From the NCBI GenBank assembly GCA_964016885.1, contig OZ024740.1, positions 385,454,001 to 385,518,000 of the forward strand: a stretch of 64,000 nt of DNA, read 5' to 3'. Position 1 is the stretch's first letter. Each line of letters opens with the position of its first letter. Below are positions 12,901-26,650 of the stretch, piece by piece. Below the pieces are notes generated by a model, which saw only the letters and a program-made list of their open reading frames with translations, had not been told where the DNA came from and made no database searches. The stretch is from Eledone cirrhosa. Its lineage: Eukaryota. The translations under genes and the position numbers were made by a program.

Positions 12901-13763
12901 ATCATTGTATTTTAATTATTCTTCCATTCAATTCTATTTTTCGAAGTAGTTATTATCCTTATTATTTCTATTCAGGTAATCTAATTCATTTAAAATTATT
13001 TTTATTCACTTTTTGTATTCAATTGATATTGAGTTCATTAAATGTCTTTTCATTTTGACTTTGGGTAGTCATATTGGCCAACTGGTTAGTGTGAGGAGTT
13101 ATGAATTCTTATCTTGACAGTAATTTTCTGCTGAACCCTGGATAAGGTACAAAATTTTGCTTTTCCCATTTTAATGCAGTTTGTGAACAAGTAATAGACA
13201 GATAATAGATACTGATTGATTTGGCAGTGAAATACCAACCTAGCAGAAAATAAATAGATGATTAGCTTAGTGGTCTGCATTGCTGAAATCAAATTCTCTC
13301 ATGATAATAGAATTGATCTGAGCTTTATGAATGTATTACTTAAAAGAAATTATTTACAAATGAATTAATTTTGGTAATTGGTTTGTTATGTTCTAAAACT
13401 ATTAGTCAAGGCTTTTTTCTTCTTGTTACATTAAAATATTGTAGTCGCATTTGATAGAGGTAAAGTTTCATTCTTTAGGCTGTGATAAGCTAAACCACAG
13501 TTAGTTGTCAAGATTATTTGAATAAAATTATGCCGTTCTGTTTATGTTCAGTGGTTTTGTTCTTTGTCTAGCTGTGTAAAAGTTATGCCATTTTTTTGTA
13601 CAGAAAATATCTTAACCATCACAGCTTCATCTATTCTGTCTGCTTCTCTCACTCTCATTTTTAAACACTTCTTGCACTCTGAAAAAAATATCTGTTTATC
13701 TTGTTTGTTATTTCTGCTTTAGACTGCACTTGTAATTTCAAAAATCCTGGTCATTGAGTAGTA

Positions 13764-14186
13764 CAGTAAGTCTGCAACTTAGGAAACTAGTTACGTTCCA
13801 AGAGACCGTTCATTAGTTGATTTGTTTGTATGTTGATTGTCTAACAAAGTATGTAACAGTAAGCCTATATATGTTACATTGATACTGCAGGTTTCCATAT
13901 GAGTTATATATACCTTTATATACTGTATATATATATAACATGTAATAATGAATTTAAATAAGCTAATGACAAATTTTAAAGAAAAGAAGTACTTTTTCAA
14001 TTCTACAAAAGCAGAATGGTATCCTTTACCATAGGTATGATTTTGATTTCTTTTTATGCTGCAATAGAAGGAACTCAGGGTACGAAAAAGCCGAATTTCA
14101 AACTTAGACAAAATGTATTTTTATTTGTGAGACTTCGTATCTGCGGAAGTTCGTAAGTAGGATGTTCGTAAAGTAGGGTCTTACTG
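13764..14186. mobile_element. Tc1/mariner-pogo (Tigger-like) MITE
   Basis: TA|CAGTAAG...CTTACTG|TA termini with TA target duplication. Imperfect longer TIRs and repeated ttcgta subterminal motifs. Confidence 0.7.
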
Positions 14187-14255
14187 TATTTCTATAAAAT
14201 CTCTCTCAGCCTATATTAACAGAAACTTTGTCTATCTATATATTAATAAACCATT

Positions 14256-14363
14256 AAATCCCGCCGACGTTAACTTTGCCTTTCATCCTTACGGGGTCGA
14301 TAAAATAAAGTACCAGTAATACACTGGGTAATTGCTGGCCTTGTGCCAAAAGTAGAAACAATT
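14256..14363 (+). mobile_element. tRNA-derived SINE, 5'-truncated (young subfamily)
   Basis: aaatcccgccgacgttaactttgcctttcatccttacggggtcgataaaataaagtaccag...ggccttgtgccaaaagtagaaac is near-identical to 41909-42015. Confidence 0.85.
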
Positions 14364-14990
14364 ATATGTACTAAGAACATGCAAAGTAAAACCGCACACA
14401 TATTACTTTCAATAGCTAATACTGAGCAATTTCATGTTTACTTGTGTATCATCATATTTTACATCACTAGTGATCAATGTGTGTTTTTTTTCAAATGTCT
14501 GTACACACACTCCTATGTCCAGATGTATTCCTTCAATTTTTCTTTAATATAGCCTTATATCTCAGTACACTGCTCTTTGTTCAGCTGTGTTATAGAAAAT
14601 ATTTTTTGCAGCAACAATTAGATAATACTCAAACTTATGTGCCTACATTTTTAGATTTATCATCATGATTATACATCTGTATTTATATGGTTTCATGGAT
14701 TGAAGATGTCAACTCTAACAGAGTCACCACTTGTCAAAGTCTATTGTTATCTCTTACTGTAAAATTTATCATTTTAAAATCAGCCTTCACAACTTCTATA
14801 TTTCTCTTCTTTCTCTTAACTGAGCATTCTGTTGATAAGAACTTGTCTATTGGAAAAAAAATCATTAGAATTTTACATAAAATATAAGTCCGTGAGTTCA
14901 GTCCCAATCATCAACATATACAAGGTAAATATAGCATCTACTGCTAATCACAAAAGGTAAGGAAAGTCTAAAGAATTATTTCATCATATA

Positions 14991-16092
14991 CTAGCAGTGG
15001 TACCTGGCGTTGCACAGGATAAGGTATTTTGGAACGCGGGCCACTAACAGACCTAATCGTGGAAAAACTGCATGCCTCGACAATATGTAAGGAAAATAAA
15101 CCGAATACTCTGATGGCTGGATAATCTTTAAGATTTTCCTCGATGAAGCAGGGAAAAAGGCAGGTTTTCACCTAGGCCATAAAACAAGTTAGATTTTCTT
15201 TGCTCACGGTATGAAGAAGAGACTGACTAATACATAGTTACAATCTCAAGCAAATTGGTCTGACGTAACGCCTCACAATACCCCTAAAAAGCTGAAAAAA
15301 TGCAGTTTTTCACCTAGGGGATCAAAAAGTTGAATTTTTTTATGTGTATAACACTCCCTGAAACATAACGTGGGCAGCCAACAGACCTAATTGTGGGAAA
15401 ATTGCATGCCTGGACAAGATGTATAGAAAATAAACCAAATACTCTGATGCAATTAGTATTAGGTATGCTTCTCCTTTCACGTGGAGAACGGTATGAAGAA
15501 GAGACTGACTAATACATAGTTACCGGCTTTCATTTTTAGTGTTGTGTGAAATTTATAACCGCCTTAGCTAACCTTAGTATTGCCACAACCACAGCTGGCA
15601 AAGAAGTAAAGGTATGGTGGTACGTAAGTAAGCAACACTGTGGCTTAAAACGTGAGGAAAAAGTTGTGTTCACTTACCAACTGTTTGGGGAATGAGTGTG
15701 AGAATTGTCTTGAGCAAGGGTGGCTGAATAACCGGAGGCAGCAGACAGCCAGACATACAGACAGACATTATAAGGGCGCGTTCTGGACAGAGAGGGAATT
15801 GTGGGAAGGGACGTAGTGCAGACAGCCAGACATACAGACAGATATAAGGGCGCAACGTTATATGTATGTATCTATCTAAAAAGAGAAAGACTAAGAATTA
15901 TAGAGAGATCACTAAATCGCCTAATTCAGTCCCTAGGGCATTGAAAATTTGAAATTGTTTTGGCTCAGAACACTCCCTGAAACATAAGTATTAGATGTGT
16001 AAAGTTTGGAAACAGTCGGTTGGGTGCTTCTCGAGATTTAGGGATTCAAACTCACACACACAGACAGACATCCTCAGTTTTATATATATAGA
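14991..16092 (-). mobile_element. Non-autonomous Helitron
   Basis: Minus strand has a 5' A|TCTATATATATAAAAC start with an early (CTGT/GT) microsatellite. The 3' end is hairpin cctgtgcaacgccagg followed by CTAG|T. It sits in an A|T dinucleotide with no TSD. Confidence 0.85.
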
Positions 16093-16344
16093 TTTAGGAT
16101 TTGAATAAAGTAAAATAAAATGTTTAGGAATGCATTAATAAATGTTTATAATATTTCTGTTCATTTTCAAAGTGTCTGCACCATGAACATAGCATATTTC
16201 CTTTTCAACATAGAACATACACTTTGTTATTAATAACGTTCAGCTATTCCAACACTTAATAGTGCACTATATAATTTAAGGTAGAGATGATTCTTTGATT
16301 TTGTTAAAGACATAACAACCTCTGTAGTGCTGGTGCTGCTGAAA

Positions 16345-16510
16345 TGACAAAATGCCCCAGTACACTCTGTAAAGTGGTTGGTGTTAGGAAGGGCATCCAG
16401 CTGTATAAACCATGTCAAAATATGGAAAGATAAGTTCCTCCGATCTGTCTAGTCTTGGATTATGGTGGCCAATCCGGCCCATGCCAGCATGGAAAGCAAA
16501 TATGAAAAGA
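16345..16510 (+). mobile_element. SINE or LINE 3' remnant sharing the RTE 3' UTR
   Basis: gtggttggtgttaggaagggcatccagctgta...cccatgccagcatggaaag matches 59105-59140 and 59320-59340. Confidence 0.75.
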
Positions 16511-16558
16511 TGGTACACACTCACACACACGTGTGTGTGTGTGTATGTATATATGAAA

Positions 16559-16715
16559 AGATTCAGGACCTTGGCGTCTGAGCTCTGGCCGTTTTGACAA
16601 CTAGATCCAAACTCAGTCATCGGGGTCCTGAATCTGTTCCTATTACCCACTCTACTACCCCAAGTATCGAGTACTCTAGTGGGTTATGGTCTACCTGATT
16701 TTTACCACACCCTAT
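16559..16715 (-). mobile_element. Small TA-flanked structured element related to 3744-3781
   Basis: Perfect 12-bp outer stem agattcaggacc/ggtcctgaatct. The minus strand aligns 28/38 with 3744-3781. Confidence 0.55.
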
Positions 16716-16723
16716 CTATTATA

Positions 16724-16775
<52 letters not shown>

Positions 16776-17005
16776 TGTAATAAACAACATAAGATAATTA
16801 TTTCATTTACCAGTGCTTTCTTGAACAAAATTTGCTTTGTCATCAGAATGAAAAAATCCTGGTGTATTTATTGACAGTGGATTTTAAAAACAAAAATATA
16901 ATCTATATGAAAGTGAGGCTGGAAAAGGAAGAAGGAAAGGAAAAAGAATAAATATAAAAGTAGATAAATACACACGCACACAGACACAGATACACAAACA
17001 CACAC

Positions 17006-17041
<36 letters not shown>

Positions 17042-20000
17042 TAGTGTGACATATTCAAATTATCGCCTGTCACTATCTCGGCTTAACTGTTCTCATAAGA
17101 CAGGAACAATAGAACTGCATGAGACATGAATTGGAAAACAAATACATATCCTCAAATAGAGACAAAAAAGGAAAAATACAAGAAAGTGACCTAGTTTTGA
17201 TGTTCTCAAGTTAAATGGAATTGACATTAGATACAACTACAGAAATTTCTTGTCAATTTAAAATATATTATCAACTATATGTTGATAAATAATAAATCGT
17301 ACTATATTCAGATATGTAAATTGTTCAAATAAGGACTGAATTTTTAGCATATTATTATTTAATTTCTATAAAGAGAAGATATTGTCTGATAAAGAGGTTG
17401 TTATAAGGGGATTAGAGAATAAAATATAGAAAACCAAGGCAAGCACTTATTTCAACCCTTTAAACTCTGACTCACTGCCATGTGTGTGTTCCCCAAATAT
17501 AGGCATCCGAACTAAAATCACTGAAAAATATAACTGTGGTTAAACTTAAAAATAAGATAACAAAAATCACAGTAATGCCTTACTGAAGAACTCTGTTTAA
17601 AACAACACTGTAAAAGAATCACTGATTGATGCGGAAATCATCATCATTATCGTTATTGTTTAACATTTGTTTTCCTTGACTAGGGAGAGTTGGACGTGTA
17701 CTCATGCAGAACCATCCACCTTCAGTTGGGTTGTGCACACATCCAGCTTGAATACACACCTGTACTCTATGGATTACTGTTATGGGTGTGGGCTCAGTGT
17801 ATGATTCAATTGAATGCATTTTATTGTGACACTAGCACTAGAGTTGTCATGTCTGTGGTTCAACTAAAATGTCCTCCTGACTCTTTCTTTAGCAAGTTAG
17901 CAGTGAACATAACAGTAGTAAACAGAAACGCACATCAGAACAAATACCATGATGGCAGAATATAGTCAAACATGTTTGGTATTGGAATAACTGGCCGATA
18001 GGTTCAAAGGATTAATGATGGTAGTTGAGAAGAGTCTACCTTTATTCTGCCATTTAGTTTAACCTTTAGTATTAATTCTAAGTGGATGTTTGATATACTT
18101 ATATCTTTTTTTTTGTTACATAGGAGATGAATTTACAATAATATAAAATATATAATAGCCAACCAGAATTATTCTAAAGATAATGGAAAGCGCCCAGATA
18201 TTTATGCAATCTGCTATTGATCACATATTTTAAATCACAAATCTAATCTGAAGCTACATTTATCAAACATTGATAGTTGCAATAAATTTCTAAATCTTTC
18301 ATAAATCAGTTTTCTCATATTTTCCTTTCACTTTTTGTGTGTATTTTTTAATCCTCATTTTCTCACCTAAACATTTTTTATTTTTTGGTTGATCATTGAT
18401 TCTATTATATCTGTTGTAGAAAACACAAAAGAAGAGTAGAAAAATAAAACAGACTATTTCCTAATTTAACAACCCTTAGTATGATGACTAAAGAACCATT
18501 TATTATGTTGACTTGGCAGACTTCCAAACAAACTTGGTTCTTTTGCCTTCTAGAGGAATGTTGACACCTTTTGTTGGGTTACAGTAGCTTGTCTATAAAT
18601 CTGTTTAGAAGTTGGAATGAATATATATATATATTTAGTGTATGTATATGTTGGTCAATATGTATATTATGTGTTTCTCTCTATATGTATGTATATATGT
18701 GTGTGTGTGTATATATATATATATATGTATAAAATAAACCAACAAATTTAAAATGAATAAATAAACACATGCTTCATAGGCAGAATCATATGAGAGAACC
18801 ATACTTATAAAACACCTTTCAGAATAATTTACCAATCATGTTAGTATCTGGTCTTTTGATTTTCTTAGATGTTGTATGTTGTTGATTAAGTATTAAAGCT
18901 GGTCGGAGCAACAAATATGTTTTTATGTGTGTGCTGTGACTGTTTAATGAAGAACCAGAATCATAGGTGGAGGGTAGAGTAGAAGAATGCTGGAATAGCG
19001 GTTGTGTAATTTTTCCTAGATAGAATGGCTGTAGATTATATAAAACTGCTGACTGTCCATCTTGTTTAGTAGCTACAGCATTTTACATTGTAGATCAGCC
19101 GTTAATTTGAGCATACAGACCGATTTTATGAGTTATTTCTCTTTACTTTTTGATATATGTCTTGACGGTTCTTTAATTTATAACCTCTCCAATTTACCTC
19201 TTCCCACCAGTGTCTCTTATTTAATTAATAAAATGAAAGAAAATTTGTTGTTAGTTATCTTTTTGTACATATGTGTGCGTAATATATATATATTTCTGAA
19301 ATTCATACATGCCAAGCCATAAATTAAGACAGTACACAATTTTGAAATTGTATAGTGAGTGGTGTTGAAAGTTTATCGGGAATAAACCATTATTTCTTAT
19401 AACTGTTATTTAATGTCTAGCTGCTGTTTGTATATCAGTTATTGATCTCTGTATGCCAGTACTGCTTTATTGCTTGCCAGTTGGCTTTTAGACAACCTCA
19501 AGTATTTCTTTGGCTAAACTTCTAACAGAGACATAAGAGGCTGTAACTAATTGACTAAAGTCTTCATATTTGTTGAGTTCCCCTTCTACTATCCTTTTGA
19601 CTTGCAACTTGTATTTGTAGAACACCAATTGATCCCTAGTAAAGCATGCTCGTCTCTCTCTCTCCTCAAGTTCTTCATCCCTTTAGAGATTTCAGAGAGC
19701 TCTGTATGTCAGATGCACCTTTTCAAATTTGTTTCATGTCATCATCATATTTTTATATGAAATGGTCAAGTGGTACTTTTAATTACTCTTGATACAGGGA
19801 TGGTACATTAATATATTCTATCATATATCCAACCGTTCCTAGTTGGGAAAGCAGACATTAAATGATGATGATGAAGAAAATAGTGTAATTTCACTGAGTT
19901 TCCTTTTCAAGTTACTTGAGATGAGATAGAAAATGTCTCCCAATATTACTGCTACTACTTAGAATGAATTTTCTATTAAAATTTAACATAATATATACGT

Positions 20001-20301
20001 TTCTGCATAATTTACATTTCTTTCAGTTGTATAGAAGTATATGTCTGACAAGTTGTCACATTATTGATATATTCTATACTTTCTCATGTCCAGCTTTGAT
20101 ACCACAGCTATTTTGAGTGAGAATTCCTCATTGGACTACTTATCTGGCTTCCTATAGTTATTGAGCTGATAAATGTCAAGTTCATATGAGGACAAAATAT
20201 TATGTGCATTGCATTGAGTGATTACTCTTGCTACAAAAGATTGGCTGCCTGCCTTAGTAAGACATTATTTTTTATTATTATTTCAATTAATTAATAGAGA
20301 T

Positions 20302-20490
20302 GATTGGTTGGCAGAATCATTAATGTTTGGTAAAATTATTTGTCGCATCTATTCCTGCCCTTTACCTTCTGAGTTCAAATCCCACCAGGGTTGATAAAAT
20401 AAAGTACCAGTCAAATACTGGTTCAATGTAATGGACATTCCCCTCCTCACAAATTGCAGGTCTTGTGTCTCATTTAAAAATCATTATTAC
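20302..20490 (+). mobile_element. tRNA-derived SINE (degenerate)
   Basis: A-box-like ttggcagaatc, B-box gagttcaaatccc, then gggttgataaaataaagtaccag. Confidence 0.7.
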
Positions 20491-20689
20491 TTCAGTTTAC
20501 ACATTTGAAGTGATAGCAAAGGAAGAATACAGATTCAATTTGTTACAAAATTTAGTCTGGGTTCCCATATTTGCTTTTGAGTTCATGTCCCACCAAATTG
20601 AACATTACTTTTCACCCATTAGGCACATAGCACTGAACATTCTTATTTGACACTGTCCTAATCATGTTATTATCTTCCAGAATTATTAG

Positions 20690-20968
20690 GAACCTATTTT
20701 ACAGTATGTTAACTAGTTAATGCTTTCTTCACTAAATTTCAAAAGAAAGACACTGTCTATTTTTATAAAATATTTTTGAAAATAATCAAGAATTTGAAGG
20801 CATTTAGCAAAATAACTAACTTCTGTATTATCAAGTTTGTGTTTAGAGTATAATTTAATATAAAATTATGATGGAAAGATTTTAGATAGATATAAAAACT
20901 TTGAAACAAACCATTTTGTATTGTATAACCAGGGGCAGTTTCATGTGGTTTGGTATCAAAAGAGTTAA
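20690..20968. mobile_element. piggyBac-like MITE family member (other copies at about 8652-8790, 44204-44385, 44800-45055 and 45880-46177)
   Basis: Ends ggtatcaaaagagTTAA. The internal motifs attatcaagtttgtgtttagagtataa and accaggggcagtttca recur in the other copies. Ends resemble TTAA-CCC. Confidence 0.55.
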
Positions 20969-22774
20969 ATCTCTTACTCAAGAGTAAACAATAATACCTG
21001 CAGTAAAGTATTAATTTGTATGCCAATCATTCAAGAACTCATATGCTAGTCTTAATATAGTGAAATATTTCCTTTTCCTTCTTTCTTCAATTTCACATAA
21101 TATGTGTGTGCATGAAAGCATACATACTCGTGTTACTTTGTATTGTTGCACTTTCAATATGTTTCCAGTATTTTCCTTTAGATTAATGCATTCAGAACTT
21201 AATACATAAGGGTTCAGGAAATGCTTCTCTTTCTTTCCATTGCCTAATGTTATCACCACGATGGATATTGGTGATGACAAGACAAATTGGCCATATATTG
21301 TATGTATTTGATCTAAAATTCAAAGATTTTAAAGAATCTATTGATTCATCGCCTTTTTCATTTCTTTTCTTGTGGAAGTGGCAGAAAAAAAGAGAAAATA
21401 ATGGAAATTTGACATGACAGGGAGAAAAGAAAAAAACGGAAAAACAAAAGTAATGATGTTAACATTTGTAAAGGAAATAAATGTCTGCACCTAACATCCT
21501 CTTTAATTATCTCTTAATTTTTCAAAAGCACATCTCTCTAAATTTAGTGCAGAAATATTGTATGTATGACTTATTTTAATAAGGCTCTCAACCCCCATTT
21601 ATCTCAGTCTGTTTGTCTATTTATTTCTTTTTATCTTTCTATTCCATCCCATCTCCTTTCTCATTGATTTCTCTCTTCATAGAAATTGTGAATTGACAAT
21701 GTATATAGTTTTTCTCTTGTTTATTATTATCTTTTCTTTTTCCTTTTTGCCCTCCTTCCACTCGATCATAAATCTATCTTGCAATTTATTAGCTTTAGAT
21801 TTAATTAGTGTTTTCATTTGTTCAATTTAGAAAGCATCATTTTGAAAACCGATTTTAATACAGACTCAATGTTAACATATTGATTGCTACTGGTAAACTA
21901 TGTTGACCATCATATTCAACAGCCATTCTTTATTATTGTTGTTTAGCAAATTTAATTACGGCCTTTAAAAAGAAAAAAAAATGTTTAAGAATTCAAGTGA
22001 GTTTTGAAGTAGATGTTTCTAATCCAAGAAATTAACTTGAAGAATTTAATTCTGTCATATACACAGTGTTGTTGTTATTGTTGTAGGACAAATAAATGAA
22101 GTTCTTGCTTTATAAACTCTATATTTAACCCCTTTTTGTCTTGTTTTTCTCTTTGATATCATTTATTGTTTGTTAATTCTTCTTTTCTTATGAGATTTTT
22201 TCCAATATTCCATTTTACAAATTGGCAATTAAGACTGTCTTCTAACTGCAGTAATTATAAGAACCTGGAGATATTTATTAATTTTTCGTTGTATTACTCT
22301 ATCTAATTTTGTCTGAAGAGATTTTGGTTACTTTTTTTTACTTTATATATTTAATTATTTTTTACTCGAAAAATTATGTTACTTTCTTTTTGCGCGCCTT
22401 TCTTTTTCTCCTATTTATCTTTTCAGTTCATTTTGAAATAATTGGCAAAGACTTAAGATGTATACTGTAGGTATAATGACAGAGTTTTAATCTAGTTTTA
22501 TTTAGTTTTATGGTTGCATAAAGAAAATTCTTTCATTTTCTGCATACGTAGATCTTCTCTAATTTGTCTAACATGTCACATTTTCCGAAATGTTTATAGT
22601 TCAAATCAAATTATCTTTGAAAATAATAGGTTTCTCTCTATATAAATCCTAAGGTAAAGTTACTAAAAAAATTATTTCTGGTAGTGGTATGCACTAAATC
22701 TTTGATATGGTATAATTACTTATAGTTGCATTTTTATTTTAAATGATATACCAAATATATATGTAGTGCTGGTA

Positions 22775-22955
22775 AAATACACCCAGCACACTCTGTAAAG
22801 TTGTTGGCATTTGGAACGGCATCCAGCTGTAGAAACGAAGCCAAAAATAGAGCATATGAGCAGGACTTATTGCCTCAACCCATCTGATCTCAAGCTAGGA
22901 CAACCTGACCAACTCTCCATTTAAAACGAATGTAAAAGGAGGATGATGATGATTT
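22775..22955 (+). mobile_element. SINE or LINE 3' remnant with RTE-type tail
   Basis: cccagcacactctgtaaagttgttggcatttggaacggcatccagctgtagaaac...gatgatgatgat. Confidence 0.65.
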
Positions 22956-25524
22956 AATGTGTAACCACGATAATGTTTACTAATATTGTCTTTTAAGATT
23001 AACTTTAAATATATAACATGAGAGGTATGTTTCAATGTTGGAATCACTAAAAACATTATATAACAACAAATGTTTAGTTACCTTGCAACGCAAAATCAAA
23101 ATTTTCCCAAAAAGTAAACTGGCAACAGATTACTATTTTAGATTAGCAAGCCATGCCAGCATAGAAAGTAGATGTATGATTTGATAAAGATGGTGATGAT
23201 GAAGTTAGCTGTAATAGTCATGGTAGTAGTAATGATGATGAAGATCATGATGATGACAGCCACAACAATGCATACAACAGTGATGACAACAGTTTTATCT
23301 AAGTGAAGAAATATCTCTCAATCACTTTGTGCTTTAGAAACCTAAGAAAAGTTGCTGTACACTGCTCCACTTATTGTGCTATGAATATACAGAGGAGAAA
23401 AAGATAGATGAGTGCTAGCATTTTTCTACCTGTATTTAAAATCCTATTATATTTTTAAAATAGAAGGAAGTCACCTCTTTTTAACAGAAAGTCCTTTCAA
23501 AGCTACATATAGAAAGAAAGATATTTTATAGATTAATGTGCAAAACCTATAGTATAATTCACAATCAAGTTTTATGAATCCAAAACAGTATTAAATAACT
23601 ATGTTGGCTAAGTTCCAGACCAGCTCACAATTCCAGGACTGGGAAAGACCCATAATTGTAATCTCATCACACTACCCAAACCATAATGGAGATGATTATA
23701 GAGTATAGTATATCAATTCCTTGACATGAGTCAAAAATGGCAGTGAATTCTACTAGCAAATGAAGTAAAATTAGTGGGCTCTGAGTAAAATGTATTTTAT
23801 CATAATCATTCTATTTAGCATCTGTTTTCCTGTCTCTGGTTAGAGTAGGCTGGTCTGTCTGATCACATCTATCACTATTCTCTTATCATACAAAGGTACA
23901 CAAACATTTTACAAGCTAATTGTGCAATTAGAGTAAAAGCTTGATTGTTAGTTTTTGTTTGTTTTTCATTTTGTTTTCGTTTTTACCCCTGATGGATACA
24001 ATTAAAAGTATGTACCCATATACACGCATACAAACTCATGTACACATATACATAAACACAATATATGTATGTATATGAATGTGTGTAAGTGCATGCAGAA
24101 TCATTTACTGATATAACGTATGTTCAAATTCGATTTTCCTCACCTGTCAGGCATTCCTTAATAGAGTAATGCAAGCAAAAGATCATAAATCAACACTAGT
24201 TAATGATCCTAGCTTAAGATGTATAACATAAAATTGGCTTTTGCGGTAGTTATGAACAGATTAACTTGTCTTGGTTAAGCTTTCATTAAAAAAACTAACA
24301 CTCTTTAGATCATAACTTAACTAGTAGATACTTGTTTTACTATTGACTAACTTTCATGAAAATGCTCATTTATAACTGGGTGATCGATCCCCTTTTTACA
24401 TTTTTGTTTTTATTAGCTATCTTAATCTAAAATTTGTTAATTTTATTTGATCATTATTAAATCACTTTAACGGAAGATTTTTACCTAATTTTTTTCCACC
24501 TCCCAACAGCTTAATAATATTTTTACACTGTATTGTCTTTCCCAAGGGAACACTCATGCTCTTCAAATTTTCTTTGAAGATTGTTATTGTTGGTCAGCTT
24601 TGATTGAGCAAGCTTATGATCAAGGACAATCTACTTTTTATGCTTCTTTTCCCAGACACTATATCTACAGCTACATTATCCAATGTGCTGTTCCAATTTT
24701 GAGATGGTAGGGTGTGATTTGATGGATATAGCTGCAATTTCTTACACATATTTTTTTAATAGGAGCATAGAGATGAAAAGAAAAAGCCTGCCCTTGGTTA
24801 AATTCTATGAATTGTCATCAGAATCCAGAAATTGTAATGATGGTGTTAGTAAGTGTCAGTTTAGAAAACAAAAAAAAAAACAGAAATATATAAGATGGTA
24901 GAATTTTGTTAAATAAAATGAAATATTTATCATAACTCGAGAATTAACACTTACCATTCTGTCTCGCATGAAAGTGCATAAACAAAAGATTCTTGAAAAG
25001 TGCAAAACTGCACAATGGCTATGGCTGTGCCACACTGGAAACTAATGAATTTACACCAGTTTACTGCAAATGTTTACAAATATCTGTCCACTAGTAAAGA
25101 TCATACAAACATTTGAATTAATAGACTTGTTTTTAGATATTTTCTGCTAAATCATTACAGGATGTTAAGAGCCATATGGTCCTTGTAATTCCTGATTTCA
25201 GGGAACATTTTCAGGGGTGGGGGTTGGCAACTGATGGAGGCTGTTTGTAGTACAAGATTTTAAGAGTGATTACTCCAGTAATGCAGTGCAAACTTCAGTG
25301 CAAGCTTGGCAGCCAACTGATCTCTTACTATGCAAGTATGTATGAAGTGGAATTGATTTTGTGTTTGCCAGGAAATGAGATATGCAGATGATGGCTGCAA
25401 ACAGTGAATCACTCACTAGTTAGTTATGTGTCTCAAACAGATTAGTAGTTGACAATTTCAGATAGGAATCAAGGGTGATTAGAAACAAATAATGAGTAAA
25501 TGGAAGTTAAGATATATTCCTATC

Positions 25525-26010
25525 AATAAAGGCATATATGAACCAATATACAATATGCTTATGTAAATAAACAAACATTGTGAGTATTTTAAGCTGTGAT
25601 CATGTCACAGCTATCTCAGGTTTAGAGTAAGACTGATAGATGCATGCATTTTATTACCATGAGAGTTCATTAGCACTCGCTTACTTATTCCCAGATACCA
25701 AGGTATGAAAGATAATATTATTTTAAAAAATGTTTAAGCAAACTATACTACATCAAGGCTTATTTACATATAGCAGAAGTTTCACTGGTAGGTTATATCT
25801 TTAACAGGGTGATTCAAAATAAGGCATATATAAACTCATAAACAATATATTAAACAGACATTTAGTCTTGCTGTGAGTATTTTAAGTAGGGATCATGTCA
25901 GCTACCTCAGCATTAAGATAAATGTGGTGAATCCATGCATTTCACTGTCTTTGCAGTTCATCAGCCCATGCTTACTTATGCTTGGAAGCAGAGCTATGAA
26001 AAACAGTTAA
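25525..26010. repeat. Old degenerate tandem duplication (period about 290 bp)
   Basis: aataaaggcatatat...tgtgagtattttaag...gatcatgtca...atgcattt...gttcat...gcttacttat appears twice (from about 25525 and about 25818). Confidence 0.7.
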
Positions 26011-26264
26011 TGCTATATGATGCTTACACATAGGAATAAGGTAAGATCATCTAAAATATAGAGAACAGCTGGATATTCCTAAGAGCCAATATATGTATGA
26101 AGTACTTACAAACCAATAGTGGGTAACATTGTGGTAGAATAAATACAGTGGCTAGAATTGTTAATTATTTGTAATCAGCTTTTGTGATACTGCATAAAAC
26201 ATGGTAATGCTACTTCATTATTGTTTTTTCCTATGGATGGCGTTTCTGAGTAATTTCTTTGAAT

Positions 26265-26650
26265 CTAATTAGCAATGGAGGAGGGTGCTCTGAAAGCATA
26301 GTAGATAGAATAAGAACAGGATGGAAAAAGTTCGTGGAGCTACTACCTTTGTTGACAACAAAAGGCTTTTTCTCTATGAACAAAAGGTCAGCTGTATGAC
26401 ACCTGAGTGCAATGAACAATATTGCATGGCAGTGAATGCAAGGGACATAGAAAGGTTGGACAGAAATGAAGCAAGCATGCTTCAATTGATTTGCAGTGTT
26501 AGTGTGTATGAATGATGAAGCGTGGATGACCTTGGAGAAAAATTAGGTATAAGAGGTATGAGATGTAGTGTGCAAGAGAGAAGATTGTGTTTGTATGGAC
26601 ATGTGATGTATATCAATGATGATCACTATATGAAGAAGTGCCAAGAAATC
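26265..26650 (+). pseudogene. Decayed RTE ORF2 3' part, an older relative of the 50.5 and 56.7 kb elements
   Basis: GGGCSESIVDRIRTGWKKFVELLPLL, DIERLDRNEASMLQLIC and ERRLCLYGHVM, with frameshifts. Confidence 0.85.

Noticed and set aside
23185-23290. GAT/GTA-rich tracts that could encode acidic or Ser/Gly peptides (also about 11245-11400 and 37640-37715)
   Set aside because: Degenerate trinucleotide repeats without splice signals.
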